64,000 bases of DNA from Candidatus Spongiisociaceae bacterium (GCA_965202665.1 OZ241841.1:2560001-2624000); one strand, 5' to 3'; positions 30,124 through 39,983 are shown, counted from the first letter of the stretch. The notes: generated by a model from the letters alone, not told the origin. A program made the numbers and translations.

Positions 30124-30247
30124 GATAGCGGCCCGGGCGGGCCGGCGCTTTCAAGCCCGGGTGACGTTTCTTTCCGTCAAATCAGGCACGCGATTTGTTG
30201 GCAGGCCGCCCGGGTTTGACGCAGGCCCGCCGGGATGTTCGATTGAC

Positions 30248-30275
30248 TTGACATATTGGGGGGGGGGGGTAGCGT
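30248..30275 (+). promoter_or_regulatory. Sigma70-type promoter with a G12 homopolymer in the spacer
   Basis: TTGACA (30248-30253), 16-nt spacer TATT+G12 (G run 30258-30269), TAGCGT (30270-30275), upstream of the surface-protein gene. Confidence 0.7.
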
Positions 30276-30342
30276 TTGCGTAGGGTGCCGGTTCGCGGCG
30301 CCGTGCGGCGGAGCGGATATGCGGAGGATTGGAGGTTGGGTG

Positions 30343-33300
30343 ATGCGGCGGTTGGCGGTGTTGTCGTTGGCGGCGGGGTTGGTGTGGTCGGTGTTGCCGG
30401 TTGTCCCGGCGGCGGTGGGGGCGCAGACGGTGATTACGCTCAGCGTGGTGGAGGCGACGAGCGCCAGAGCCGCGATCACTTCGGTGGGGGAGGACAGTGC
30501 TACTTCGGGTAAGGACCTTTATTTGAGGGCGTCGGTGCCTTCGGCGGTGACTTCTAGTGTGACTGTGACTGTTTCTCGGGGTGGGACCGCTACCGTAAAT
30601 AATGTGCACAGGGTTTTTTCCTTAAGGGAAACTAGGACGGAGTGTCGAGGTGGTGATGCGTGTATTGACTCATCTACTAATTTTAATGTTACTATTGGTG
30701 TGGGTCAGACGATCGGTTATAATATAGTCCCTTGGCAACTTTTGACGCGGGCGGATAGGATTACGGAGGAGCATGAGACTATCACCTTCTCCGGTGCCGC
30801 TTCTAAGTCTGGGTATAGGGTGAATGGTACTACTTTGACGATCACCGATCAGGATCGGGCAATTAAGGTGAACATATCGCCGGATACGGTATGGGAGAGA
30901 GGAGAAAGCGAATCTTTGAATAGAACCTATGGTCATGTCTATGAACCCACGGCAAAGCCTGTGGTGGGTGGAGTGACGAATGGTGTGTTTACTGCTTCTA
31001 CTTCTTCAACTTACGGCCGAAGTTTAGATTACCAAAAGACAGGAGATACCGAGGTTATGCGAATAATGTCACAGGCGGGAACCGCTAGGTTACTAGGAAC
31101 GGTCAATGAGGAAACATATTTTGATACGGATGTCACTGTAGGTCATAATAGGGATGATGATAATCCTGTAGGTGTGAGGATAGCCGCCAATTCGATTTCC
31201 GGGACTCTCCATGCCGTGCATACTATTAGCGGCATCTACCGAATACAAGTTAGAAGGGATGAGGTGGTGGAGCCGGATGAGGTTGTTTATGTTAGGTTGA
31301 ACACCGTCCCGTCGGGTTGGACGGTGTTTAGGACTCCGATTACGATTAAGGATGCGAATCGGGTGGGTTTTACGGTGGATACCGATGGCGGTGAGATGGG
31401 TGACCAAGATACTATTGCTGAGGGGGCGTCCGGTTCGGGGGTGTCGGTGGAGGCTGCTTTTTGGAATGCGACGTCGTCGGTGATTCCTTCGGCGACGACG
31501 GTGACGTTGTCGGCGGCGGCGCAGACTCCGGCGGGGGCGGGGAAGGCGACGGCGGCTGATTTCACGTATGCTCCGTCGACGCCGAATACGATTTCTTTCC
31601 CGGCTAGAAGTATCACTGCGTCGGGTACGGCGACGTTGGCGGGCTTGACGATCACTGATGATGCGGTGGTGGAGGGGCCGGAAACCTTCCAAGTGGGTGG
31701 GTCGTCGGCGTTGGGGGCCGCTCGGTCGTCTGTGTTGACGATTTATGATGATGACGCGGATATTGAGTTGGAGGTGTCTCCGTCGTCGGTGGAGGAGCAG
31801 GCGGGGGCGCATCAGGTTAGGGTGACGGCTCGGTTTAAGGGGTCGTCGTCGGTTTTGGCGTCGGCGACTGATGTGGCGGTGACGGTGGCGGGGGAGGGCG
31901 GTGCGACTTTGTCGTCGTCGTGTCCGGTGTCTGGCGGGGATGATGCTTGTACCAGTTTGACGGGTAATGCGACCACGATTTCCATTCCGGCGGGTGGGAC
32001 GTCGGCGAGCGAAACGTTTACGGTGACGGTTTCTGATGATGGTACGAGCGAGTCGGGGGAGAAGTTGGTGGTGTCGGGGACGGCGTCGGTGGGCGGGTCG
32101 GATGTGGCGGTGGAGTCGGCGGATCTGCCGATTATCGACGCGGGGACGCGGGTGGATTTGTCTTTGCATGAGGCGGCGAGCGGGGAGGCGGCGCTGGCGG
32201 GGATAGCGGAGGATGGGGGGGCGCGGAGGGTGCGGGTGAAAGCCACCGCCGAAACCGCGGTGACTTCGCAGACGACCGTCGTCGTAAACGTGGGTGCTAT
32301 GGGTGGGACGGCGACGGTGGGGGTGTGTTCGGGGAGCGGTCAGTCCCGGTCTTGTTCGAGCGGCGACTACGATCGGGGGGTGGCGACGGTGAACTTGACG
32401 ATCCCGTCGGGCGGTACGTCGGGGACGGCGGATGTGACCATCACTCCTTTGTCGGATACGGTGGCGGAGGGGGAGGAAACGGTCCGGTTCGCCGGTTCCG
32501 CTGCTGGGTTTACGGTGTTGCCCGCTGATTTGAAGATCACGGAGACGATTGAGTTGACGGTCAGCCAAACTTCGGTGGGTGAGGGAGCGACAAACGCGGG
32601 GGCGGCGTCGGTGATGGCCGCGTTTGCGGGGGCGTCTACTTCGGAGCTGACCGGGGCCACGTCTGTTACGTTGTCGTTCAGCGAGGGTGAGAAAGCGGAA
32701 GCGGCGGATTTCACCGCTCCGGGCACGGCGTTGACGTTGAGCATCCCGGCTGGTTCCATCTCCAGCTCGGCTACCGCTCTGACCGGTTTGTTGATTGACG
32801 GGGATGCGATTGCGGAGGGAGCGGAGAGCATCGACATTGGGGGCAGTGCGACCGGGTTTTCGGTCAGCGGAACATCGTTGGTTATCGCCGATGATGATTT
32901 GGGGGTGACTGTAAAAGCGGATACGGATGTGATGGTCGGGGAGCAGAAGACCCTGTCGGAGGGGGCAACGGCGGCGGTGCGGGTACAGGCCAGGTTCACA
33001 TCGGCTACTTCCAACGATTTAGGATCCGCTCTGCAGGTGCGGGTCACCGCCGGGGTTTCGTCGCCGCAGTCAGCTATGGGCGGTGGTGTTGATTTCACCG
33101 CTCCCGCTACGCCGGTCATGGTGTCCATCCCCGCTGGTCAAAGCAGTCTGGTAAGCCCGTGGGTGAACTTGTCGGGTTTGTCGGTTGCGGACGACGCGGA
33201 GACCGAGCCGGCGGAAACATTTGACATCACCGGAACCACGGGAACGGAGGGTGCGACGGTGGCTTCTGATACGTTGACTATCGGGGCCAGCGATACCGCT

Positions 33301-35925
33301 TTGGAGGTCACGGCGTCGCCGGGAACGGTGTATGAAAGCGGTTCCGCTCATACGATAAGGGTGACGGCCGGGTTCGCCGGAGCGACTTCGTCCGCTTTGA
33401 CCTCGGCCACTGATGTGACGGTAGCGGTGGCGGCCGGGGACAGCAACGGGGCGACGGTGGCCGCGACGTGTCCTCCCACTACTGAGGATGTTTGCACCGA
33501 TCAGACAAACAACTCGTTTACTATCCGCATCCCCGCCGGGCAATTCAGGCACTCCGGTTCGTTTCAGATGACCGCCCGGGAGGACGGATCTGCGGAACCC
33601 GGCGCGGAGACGGTGAAGATAACCGGGTCGGCCACCGTCGCCGGAGAATCAGAGTCGGATACGGACACTATCAACGTGGTGGACAGCGGCATCACCCTCG
33701 CTCTGGCTAAGTCCGGGAGTTCCGTGTCTGCGTTGGATGAGAACAGCGGATCCTCCACTATACGGGTTACCGCTACCCTGCCCACCGGGGTCACCGCCCC
33801 CGCCGGCGGAGCGGTGGTAGGTTTGAATGTGGCGGGTGAGGCGACTGTGGACTCCAACGGTGTCTGGGAGGTGGGGGAGGACTACAGGGTGACTTTGCCT
33901 TCTAAACCGGGGGCGACTCCCGCTGGGTACGCGACCGGCGTCACCATCGCGTCGGGAAGCGCCAGCGGTTTCGTTGATGTAACCATCGTTGTAAACGACG
34001 ACGGCGTCGCCGAACCGGCGAAACCCATAATCTTTGAAGGCAGCACAGTATCCATCAGCAGCGTCGACTACCGCACGGTAGACGCCAGTTTGACCCTAAA
34101 CGACAATGATTCTCCTCCTACCGTCATTGACGTCACTCTCCACGAAGATGACGGCGGCGACGTAGGGGCGGAACTGACACAAGTACCCGAAGGCGAAACG
34201 AACCGGGTGCATGTGCGGGTTACCTTTCAAGGAACCGCCACCCGCTCCGCCACTACTTCCGTACCGATTGTGGTCGGCAAACCTTCCGGGGAAGCCACTG
34301 AGGGAACCGACTACGAAATGGTAGGCGACTTTACTATTAACATTCCCGCTTACCAATCCAGCAGGACCGGCAGTTTTGATCTGAAAACCGATGGAACATA
34401 CAACGATGCGGCTTTTGAGGGGCCGGAAACGTTGACCGTCGCCGGGGGAACCCTCGCCGGTTTCACTATCGGGGAGGACACGCTGACCATCCTCGACGAT
34501 GACCTGACCGTCATTCTTGCCGTCACGCCAGACGAAGTGACCGAAGGGGACGCCAATGTCACTCTAAGCCTGCGGGCCGCTTATCCGGGTTCGGAAACTT
34601 TAGGCGCTTCCCAGACCGTCAACCTGTCCTACGGCGGGGCAGCTTCCTCGTCTGACTACACCGCTTCCGCGCTCACCGACCTGACCATCCCCGCCAACCA
34701 AAACAGCGCCACCCCCCAAACCATTACCCTGTCCGCCATCGCCGACGACAACATCGCCGAAGGAGACGAAACCCTGCAAATAACCGGAACAGTCACCGGA
34801 TTCACCGTCAAACCGGCTACCCTCACCATCAAAGACAACGACGACCCGCCCACCAGCATCACCCTAACCGTCAGCCCCTCCAGCATAAGCGAAGGGCAAA
34901 CCCGAAATGTCGTCGTCACCGCCCGGTTCGGTGGACCTAAAACCCGTTCCCAACCCACTCCCGTAACCATAACCATTCCGACTTCTTCCGACTACCGGAT
35001 CACCGCCCCTCTTACCACCCTTACCATCCCCGCTGAATCAGCCACCGGAACCGGGAATTTCACTATCGTCATCACCAACGACAGCCAACAAGAGTCAGCC
35101 GAGCGAATCAACATATCCGGAACCGCCGCCGGGTTCACCGTCAATTCCGCCATCATCACCATCCCCGCCAACGACGCCCCCGCCCCTGCCCCAGCTCCCA
35201 GCGGCGGAGGCGGAGGTGGCGGCGGTGGGGGAGGTAGTAGCGGTGGCGGAGGTGGCGGCGGAGGTGGCGGCGGCGCCCCACCGCCCGCCGCTCCGCCCCC
35301 GGCCGCGCCCCCGCCCGCTCCCGCTGAACCGGCATGCCAAGGAAGGTTCTGCGATGAGGACGGCAGCGTCCATGAAGCCAACATCGAACGGATAGCCGGA
35401 TGGAGAATCACCCTCGGCTGCGACGCCACCGACTCCACCAAATACTGCCCCGGAGCCCAAATCACCCGCAGGCAAATGGCCGCCTTCCTCCACCGCGCCG
35501 TCAGCCAACGCTGGACCATCCAAACCCCCGAGGACATAGAAATCGCCGACGTTCCAGCCGATGCTTGGTACCGCACCTACGCCGAATGGGGCGTCTCTGT
35601 AAACGCCTTCGCGCTCACCGATGGAAACTTCAACCCGGGCGGTGTGGTAACCCGGGCTGATATGGCCATCATGATGATCGCCGCTTTTCCCCATCTCCAG
35701 TCCGTGGAAGAGCCTCAAAATCTTTTCCAAGACGTAACAGGACTGGACCCGGCGGTGATACGGGCTATTGAAGGAATGTACGGCAGTGGCGTAACCAGAG
35801 GTTGCGCCACCACCCCCCTCAACTACTGCCCGGACAAACCGGTAACCCGGGCGCAGATGGCCTCTTTCTTCGTCCGCGCCGTCAACCTCGCCCCCGCCGC
35901 CACCAGCGGGGACGGAGGAACATAA
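30343..35925 (+). CDS. Giant secreted surface protein: signal peptide, ~12 Calx-beta-like repeats, Gly/Pro linker, C-terminal SLH domains
   Basis: GGAGG RBS; signal peptide 'MRRLAVLSLAAG...AVGA'; recurring 'DDxxxExxET' motifs; C-terminal 'ITRRQMAAFL', 'VTRADMA' and 'VTRAQMASFF' SLH-type motifs. Confidence 0.88.
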   Translation: MRRLAVLSLAAGLVWSVLPVVPAAVGAQTVITLSVVEATSARAAITSVGEDSATSGKDLYLRASVPSAVTSSVTVTVSRGGTATVNNVHRVFSLRETRTECRGGDACIDSSTNFNVTIGVGQTIGYNIVPWQLLTRADRITEEHETITFSGAASKSGYRVNGTTLTITDQDRAIKVNISPDTVWERGESESLNRTYGHVYEPTAKPVVGGVTNGVFTASTSSTYGRSLDYQKTGDTEVMRIMSQAGTARLLGTVNEETYFDTDVTVGHNRDDDNPVGVRIAANSISGTLHAVHTISGIYRIQVRRDEVVEPDEVVYVRLNTVPSGWTVFRTPITIKDANRVGFTVDTDGGEMGDQDTIAEGASGSGVSVEAAFWNATSSVIPSATTVTLSAAAQTPAGAGKATAADFTYAPSTPNTISFPARSITASGTATLAGLTITDDAVVEGPETFQVGGSSALGAARSSVLTIYDDDADIELEVSPSSVEEQAGAHQVRVTARFKGSSSVLASATDVAVTVAGEGGATLSSSCPVSGGDDACTSLTGNATTISIPAGGTSASETFTVTVSDDGTSESGEKLVVSGTASVGGSDVAVESADLPIIDAGTRVDLSLHEAASGEAALAGIAEDGGARRVRVKATAETAVTSQTTVVVNVGAMGGTATVGVCSGSGQSRSCSSGDYDRGVATVNLTIPSGGTSGTADVTITPLSDTVAEGEETVRFAGSAAGFTVLPADLKITETIELTVSQTSVGEGATNAGAASVMAAFAGASTSELTGATSVTLSFSEGEKAEAADFTAPGTALTLSIPAGSISSSATALTGLLIDGDAIAEGAESIDIGGSATGFSVSGTSLVIADDDLGVTVKADTDVMVGEQKTLSEGATAAVRVQARFTSATSNDLGSALQVRVTAGVSSPQSAMGGGVDFTAPATPVMVSIPAGQSSLVSPWVNLSGLSVADDAETEPAETFDITGTTGTEGATVASDTLTIGASDTALEVTASPGTVYESGSAHTIRVTAGFAGATSSALTSATDVTVAVAAGDSNGATVAATCPPTTEDVCTDQTNNSFTIRIPAGQFRHSGSFQMTAREDGSAEPGAETVKITGSATVAGESESDTDTINVVDSGITLALAKSGSSVSALDENSGSSTIRVTATLPTGVTAPAGGAVVGLNVAGEATVDSNGVWEVGEDYRVTLPSKPGATPAGYATGVTIASGSASGFVDVTIVVNDDGVAEPAKPIIFEGSTVSISSVDYRTVDASLTLNDNDSPPTVIDVTLHEDDGGDVGAELTQVPEGETNRVHVRVTFQGTATRSATTSVPIVVGKPSGEATEGTDYEMVGDFTINIPAYQSSRTGSFDLKTDGTYNDAAFEGPETLTVAGGTLAGFTIGEDTLTILDDDLTVILAVTPDEVTEGDANVTLSLRAAYPGSETLGASQTVNLSYGGAASSSDYTASALTDLTIPANQNSATPQTITLSAIADDNIAEGDETLQITGTVTGFTVKPATLTIKDNDDPPTSITLTVSPSSISEGQTRNVVVTARFGGPKTRSQPTPVTITIPTSSDYRITAPLTTLTIPAESATGTGNFTIVITNDSQQESAERINISGTAAGFTVNSAIITIPANDAPAPAPAPSGGGGGGGGGGGSSGGGGGGGGGGGAPPPAAPPPAAPPPAPAEPACQGRFCDEDGSVHEANIERIAGWRITLGCDATDSTKYCPGAQITRRQMAAFLHRAVSQRWTIQTPEDIEIADVPADAWYRTYAEWGVSVNAFALTDGNFNPGGVVTRADMAIMMIAAFPHLQSVEEPQNLFQDVTGLDPAVIRAIEGMYGSGVTRGCATTPLNYCPDKPVTRAQMASFFVRAVNLAPAATSGDGGT
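35312..35905. repeat. SLH-coding region nearly identical to the inverted copy at about 60955-61541
   Basis: 35312-35412 matches the reverse complement of 61441-61541 exactly by eye; the rest of the SLH region is highly similar. Confidence 0.9.
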
Positions 35926-35978
35926 CCAATCTTTGTTACTTTCCACCTGTTAAAATACGCGGTTGCCGGGTTAGGCGT

Positions 35979-36085
35979 TTCCCGCCCGGTTCGGATTATG
36001 GTGTGCGGGGGGATCGGTTCCGGCAAGTCGTCGGCGGGCGGGAAGTGGATGGGTTGCCGTCCTGGCTGAACACCCGCTCCGGTTG
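35979..36085 (+). pseudogene. coaE: Internally deleted duplicate of coaE (5' end fused to 3' end)
   Basis: 35979-36042 matches 29526-29589 with 1 mismatch; 36038-36085 matches 30075-30122 with 4 mismatches; joined at shared GCGGG. Confidence 0.9.
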
Positions 36086-36145
36086 CAAGTCGCACGCGGC
36101 GGACGTTTGTCGTAGAAAGGCGGTAACGGGTGATAGAATGATGGG

Positions 36146-36859
36146 ATGGCATCAAAGGTTAGGAGAGAGGTGCTGGCTTCCCCCAAGTTCAGCCAGCCTT
36201 TGTACACGATGGGGCAGGCGGCGAAGATCGTCGGCGTTGCGTACGGTACGTTGAGCAATTGGGCGAAACCATACAGTAACGGGCGACGTTTCCCCGGCCT
36301 GATCACCAAATTGGAACCTTGGAATCACCGTTCGGTGCCTTTCGTGGGATTGGCGGAGGCTATGGTTCTGAAAGAATTGCGCGATTATGCTTCTCTGCAG
36401 ACCCTTCGTAAGACTTTGGGCCGGATTTCGTCTAGCCCTGGACAGCCGCGCCATTTTCTGGCCAACAAACGATTCTACCGTTCGGGGGCGGACATTCTGT
36501 ACGACTTTTCTGACGAAGTCAATAATTTATCAGAGCTGGTAGTCGTTAACAAGCGACCGCCAGGTCAAGTAGTATTCATTGATGTCGTCCGGGATTATCT
36601 GGAACGTATCGAACCTGACTTTGACGAGAGCGGATACATCAAACTGATGAGACTGCCTTATTATAAGGTCGCGGAGGTGGTGGTGGATCCTCTACGGGGC
36701 GGCGGCGATCCCATATTCGCTCAAGGTGGTTGCCGCGTCCGCAATGTTCTACACAGATTCAGTTCGGGTGAAACACTAGAAAGATGTTCTGAGGAGTTTG
36801 GAGTTCCCGTATCTCATATTGAAGATGCCTTACGCGTTTTATCCCGACATGCTTCCTAA
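36146..36859 (+). CDS. DUF433-containing antitoxin (VapB45/Rv2018-like)
   Basis: N-terminal HTH 'PLYTMGQAAKIVGVAYGTLSNWA', 'PFVGLAEA', C-terminal DUF433 'VVVDP.RGGGDPIF...RV...F.SGE...EEFGV...IEDALR'. Confidence 0.82.
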   Translation: MASKVRREVLASPKFSQPLYTMGQAAKIVGVAYGTLSNWAKPYSNGRRFPGLITKLEPWNHRSVPFVGLAEAMVLKELRDYASLQTLRKTLGRISSSPGQPRHFLANKRFYRSGADILYDFSDEVNNLSELVVVNKRPPGQVVFIDVVRDYLERIEPDFDESGYIKLMRLPYYKVAEVVVDPLRGGGDPIFAQGGCRVRNVLHRFSSGETLERCSEEFGVPVSHIEDALRVLSRHAS

Positions 36860-37238
36860 GTTCTTTATTGACCGGGATTTGGGTTCTAAAGAGTTACCTC
36901 GAATTCTCCGAGAGGCGAAGTTAGAGATTGAAACTTCCCAAGGATACTATGGTATTCAAGGGTCACAAAATATACCGGATGAGGAGTGGATAAAGATGGT
37001 TGCCCACAATGGTTGGGTTGCTATGTCTGATGATAAATTCAATCAAAAACCCTCAGAACGTGATGTGATAATAAAGTATCAAGCAAGATGTTTTGTTATA
37101 GAGGATGGTACTATTACAGCAGAAGAAGCGGCGAATTTGATATTAGATAATCTAGTAGAAATTGCCAGAATGTGTGCGGAGATGGGTCCTCTACTTTGTA
37201 TATTGCGAATAAACGGAGGAGTTGAAAGGGTAATATGA
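36849..37238 (+). CDS. PIN-like toxin (VapC45/Rv2019-like)
   Basis: 'FFIDRDLGS...L', 'IPDEEWI...GWVAMSDD', 'ER..I....ARCFVI'; overlaps the antitoxin gene; AT-rich. Confidence 0.82.
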   Translation: MLPKFFIDRDLGSKELPRILREAKLEIETSQGYYGIQGSQNIPDEEWIKMVAHNGWVAMSDDKFNQKPSERDVIIKYQARCFVIEDGTITAEEAANLILDNLVEIARMCAEMGPLLCILRINGGVERVI

Positions 37239-37334
37239 TAGTCGCTAGCACCGAAATGAGCAACACATTATATTTGGCATTGTCGGTTGCTACAGTTAGC
37301 CTGGCATGTTGTCAACTGCTAGCCGGGAGGGGTT

Positions 37335-39347
37335 TTGCCTGAGTTTCGGGTTCATTCCGATTTTCGCCCAGCGGGGGATCAGCCGCAGGCCGTGGACGCC
37401 CTGGTGGAGGGTTTGGAATCCGGGGAGCGGTTCCAGACGCTGTTGGGCATCACCGGTTCCGGCAAGTCGGCCACCGTGGCGTGGACCATCGAACGGGTGC
37501 AGCGCCCGGCCCTGGTGCTGGCCCCCAACAAGGCCCTGGCCGCCCAGTTGGCCTCCGAGTTCCGCGGATTCTTCCCCGAAAACCGGGTGGAGTATTTCGT
37601 GTCCTACTACGACTACTACCAGCCGGAGGCGTACCTGCCGCAGACCGACACCTATATCGAGAAGGACGCCACCGTCAACGATGAAATCGACCGCCTGCGC
37701 CATTCGGCCACAGCCTCCCTCCTTTACCGGGAGGATGTGGTGATCGTGGCCAGCGTGTCCTGCATCTACGGCCTGGGCAGCCCCGAGCAGTATTCGGGGC
37801 AGATGCTGCGGTTGGTGACGGGGGTGGAGTTTCCGCTGGCGGAGGCCATCCGCCGCCTGGTGGAAATCCAGTACGACCGCAACGAAGTGAACCTTATTCG
37901 GGGCCGGTTCCGGGTGCGGGGGGACACGTTGGAAGTGTTTCCCTCCTACGAGGAGACGGTGGTGCGGGTGGAGTATTTCGGGGACGAAGTGGATCGCATC
38001 GTGCGGGTGAATCCGGTCACCGGGGAGATTGTGGAGACGATGCCGGAGGCGTGGATTTTCCCGGCTTCCCATTACGCGGTGGAACGGGAGCGGATGGAGC
38101 GGGCCATGGCCGGCATCAGGGAGGAGTTGGCGGAGCGCCTGGCCGAGTTGGAGGGGCGGGGGAAACTGCTGGAGGCGCAACGGTTGCGGATGCGCACTAC
38201 CTACGATTTGGAGATGATGGCCGAGGTGGGGTTCTGCTCCGGAATTGAAAATTACAGCCGCCACATCGACGGACGCCTGCCGGGGGAGCCCCCCTACACC
38301 CTGCTGGACTATTTCCCCGATGATTACATAACTTTTTTGGACGAAAGCCATGTGGCGGCGCCCCAGCTGGGGGGGATGTACGAGGGGGACCGCAGTCGCA
38401 AAGACGTGCTGGTGGAGCACGGGTTCCGCTTGCCGTCGGCGGTGGACAACCGTCCGTTGCGCTTCGACGAGTGGCTGGATCGGGCCGGGCAGGTGGTGTT
38501 CGTGTCGGCCACTCCCGGCAGATACGAGCGGGAGCATTCCCAGCGGGTGGTGGAGCAGATAGTGCGACCCACCGGGCTGGTGGACCCGGAGGTGGCGGTG
38601 CGTCCCGCCCGCGGCCAGGTGGACGACCTGATTGAGGAAATCAGGGGGCGCGCCGCGCGGGGGGAGCGGGTGCTGGTCACCACTCTCACCAAGAAAATGT
38701 CCGAGGACCTGACCGACTATCTGCTGGAGATGGGAATACGGGCCCGATACCTGCATTCGGAGATCGATACCTTGGAGCGGGTGGCTCTGTTGCGGGATCT
38801 GCGGCTGGGGGAGTTCGACGTGCTGGTGGGGATCAACCTGTTGCGGGAAGGTTTGGACCTGCCGGAGGTGTCGCTGGTGGCCATCTTGGACGCCGACAAG
38901 GAGGGGTTTCTCCGTTCGGTGACCAGCCTCATCCAGATCATGGGGCGGGCGGCCCGCAACGTGGCGGGGACGGTGGTGATGTACGCCGACGAGGTGACCG
39001 ATTCCATGCGGTCGGCCATCAACGAAACCAACCGCCGCCGGGCCCGCCAGTTGGAGTACAACCGGGAGCACGGCATCGACCCGCAGACCATCCGCAAAAA
39101 AGTGTCCGACATCTTGGAGTTGGTGTCGTCCCGTTCCGCCTCCGCCGACCGCCCGGACCGGGAGCGCCCGGAGCCGAGGACCCCCATTGACTTGGAGGGG
39201 GAGGATCTGGGCAGGCTGATCCAAAGCCTGGAAGACGAGATGCGGGAGGCGGCCAAAGAGTTGCGCTTCGAATACGCCGCCCGCCTCCGCGACGAGGTAG
39301 CCGACCTGCGCAAAGAAATGAAAGCCCTGGCGGAAGCCGCCCTCTGA
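37335..39347 (+). CDS. uvrB: Excinuclease ABC subunit B
   Basis: 'PAGDQPQA', 'LGITGSGKS', '[13 protein letters not shown]', '[14 protein letters not shown]', C-terminal UVR domain. Confidence 0.98.
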   Translation: MPEFRVHSDFRPAGDQPQAVDALVEGLESGERFQTLLGITGSGKSATVAWTIERVQRPALVLAPNKALAAQLASEFRGFFPENRVEYFVSYYDYYQPEAYLPQTDTYIEKDATVNDEIDRLRHSATASLLYREDVVIVASVSCIYGLGSPEQYSGQMLRLVTGVEFPLAEAIRRLVEIQYDRNEVNLIRGRFRVRGDTLEVFPSYEETVVRVEYFGDEVDRIVRVNPVTGEIVETMPEAWIFPASHYAVERERMERAMAGIREELAERLAELEGRGKLLEAQRLRMRTTYDLEMMAEVGFCSGIENYSRHIDGRLPGEPPYTLLDYFPDDYITFLDESHVAAPQLGGMYEGDRSRKDVLVEHGFRLPSAVDNRPLRFDEWLDRAGQVVFVSATPGRYEREHSQRVVEQIVRPTGLVDPEVAVRPARGQVDDLIEEIRGRAARGERVLVTTLTKKMSEDLTDYLLEMGIRARYLHSEIDTLERVALLRDLRLGEFDVLVGINLLREGLDLPEVSLVAILDADKEGFLRSVTSLIQIMGRAARNVAGTVVMYADEVTDSMRSAINETNRRRARQLEYNREHGIDPQTIRKKVSDILELVSSRSASADRPDRERPEPRTPIDLEGEDLGRLIQSLEDEMREAAKELRFEYAARLRDEVADLRKEMKALAEAAL

Positions 39348-39363
39348 CCGCCCCGAGGGCGGT
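39347..39363. terminator. Hairpin at the uvrB stop
   Basis: ACCGCCC-CGA-GGGCGGT followed by AAAA. Confidence 0.5.
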
Positions 39364-39535
39364 AAAACTTGTCTCAGAGGCCTGGTATTCTGCCGGGCTA
39401 TGACGACGCGTGGGATTCCTACAAGGCATCCGAGGGCGTCGTGTAGGTCGTAAAACCCGAATAGCGAATAGCGAGCCCGCCCCGTTCCCCGCAGATAGGA
39501 TTCGGGGAAGCAGGCGAGAAAGGGGAGGCGAGGCA

Positions 39536-39958
39536 ATGAAAACCGGAGGGCAGAGGGCGGATGTTCAACAGGGTTTGCCAGCCCAGGAGGGCGGTATGTT
39601 CGTTATTCGCCCCGCTAGCGTCTGGTTGGCGATCTGGGGGCAAAAGGGCTTTCAGGGCAACAAGAGCATCATCCCGGCGGATGTTTTCCCCGAATGGAAA
39701 CGCCCCAAGGTGACCGCCGCCTCCAATTTGGTGGAGGCCGCCAACCTGGTGATGTCCGGCGAGGTCAATGGTTTTCGCACCACGTTCGATAAGATGCTGG
39801 CCGAACCGATCTGGATACCGCGCTACGTGGACCCGCAGAATACCGCCTACTTGATCAGTTTCCATCCGCCCGAGGTGGTGAAGGCCGGCAATTTTTTCAC
39901 CATCAACGGCGGCGAAGCCTCGTTTCTAGCCGAGTGGGAGGTAGTAGCAACCGGCTGA
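39536..39958 (+). CDS. Hypothetical soluble protein; paralog of 41469-41852 (alternative start 39596)
   Basis: RBS before both ATGs; shares W..W...F.GN, VMSG, W...Y.DP and LI..HP.E with 41469-41852. Confidence 0.7.
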   Translation: MKTGGQRADVQQGLPAQEGGMFVIRPASVWLAIWGQKGFQGNKSIIPADVFPEWKRPKVTAASNLVEAANLVMSGEVNGFRTTFDKMLAEPIWIPRYVDPQNTAYLISFHPPEVVKAGNFFTINGGEASFLAEWEVVATG

Positions 39959-39983
39959 CCTGTTCCTACCGAACAGAGTCATT

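Noticed and set aside
30256-30342. G12 tract as a coding frameshift switch in the surface protein (ORF-track start at TTG 30256)
   Set aside because: The RBS and signal peptide point to a start at 30340/30343, which places the tract in the promoter rather than the CDS.
33000-34000. Replication terminus as the cause of the G-to-C skew switch
   Set aside because: Downstream plus-strand genes such as uvrB are G-rich again and I recognised no dif-like site, so the switch looks local. A genome-wide skew plot is needed to exclude it fully.
35203-35275. GGC/GGT/GGA repeats here and at about 61583-61652 as a CRISPR array or regulatory repeat
   Set aside because: They are in-frame poly-Gly linker codons with no spacers; no CRISPR array or cas gene was seen anywhere in the window.
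35312-35905. Diversity-generating retroelement template/variable repeat pair between the two SLH regions
   Set aside because: No reverse transcriptase is present, both copies are coding, and the differences are not confined to adenines.
37240-37334. LexA SOS box upstream of uvrB, or of uvrA at 54424-54524
   Set aside because: No CGAAC-N4-GTTCG palindrome was found in either region.
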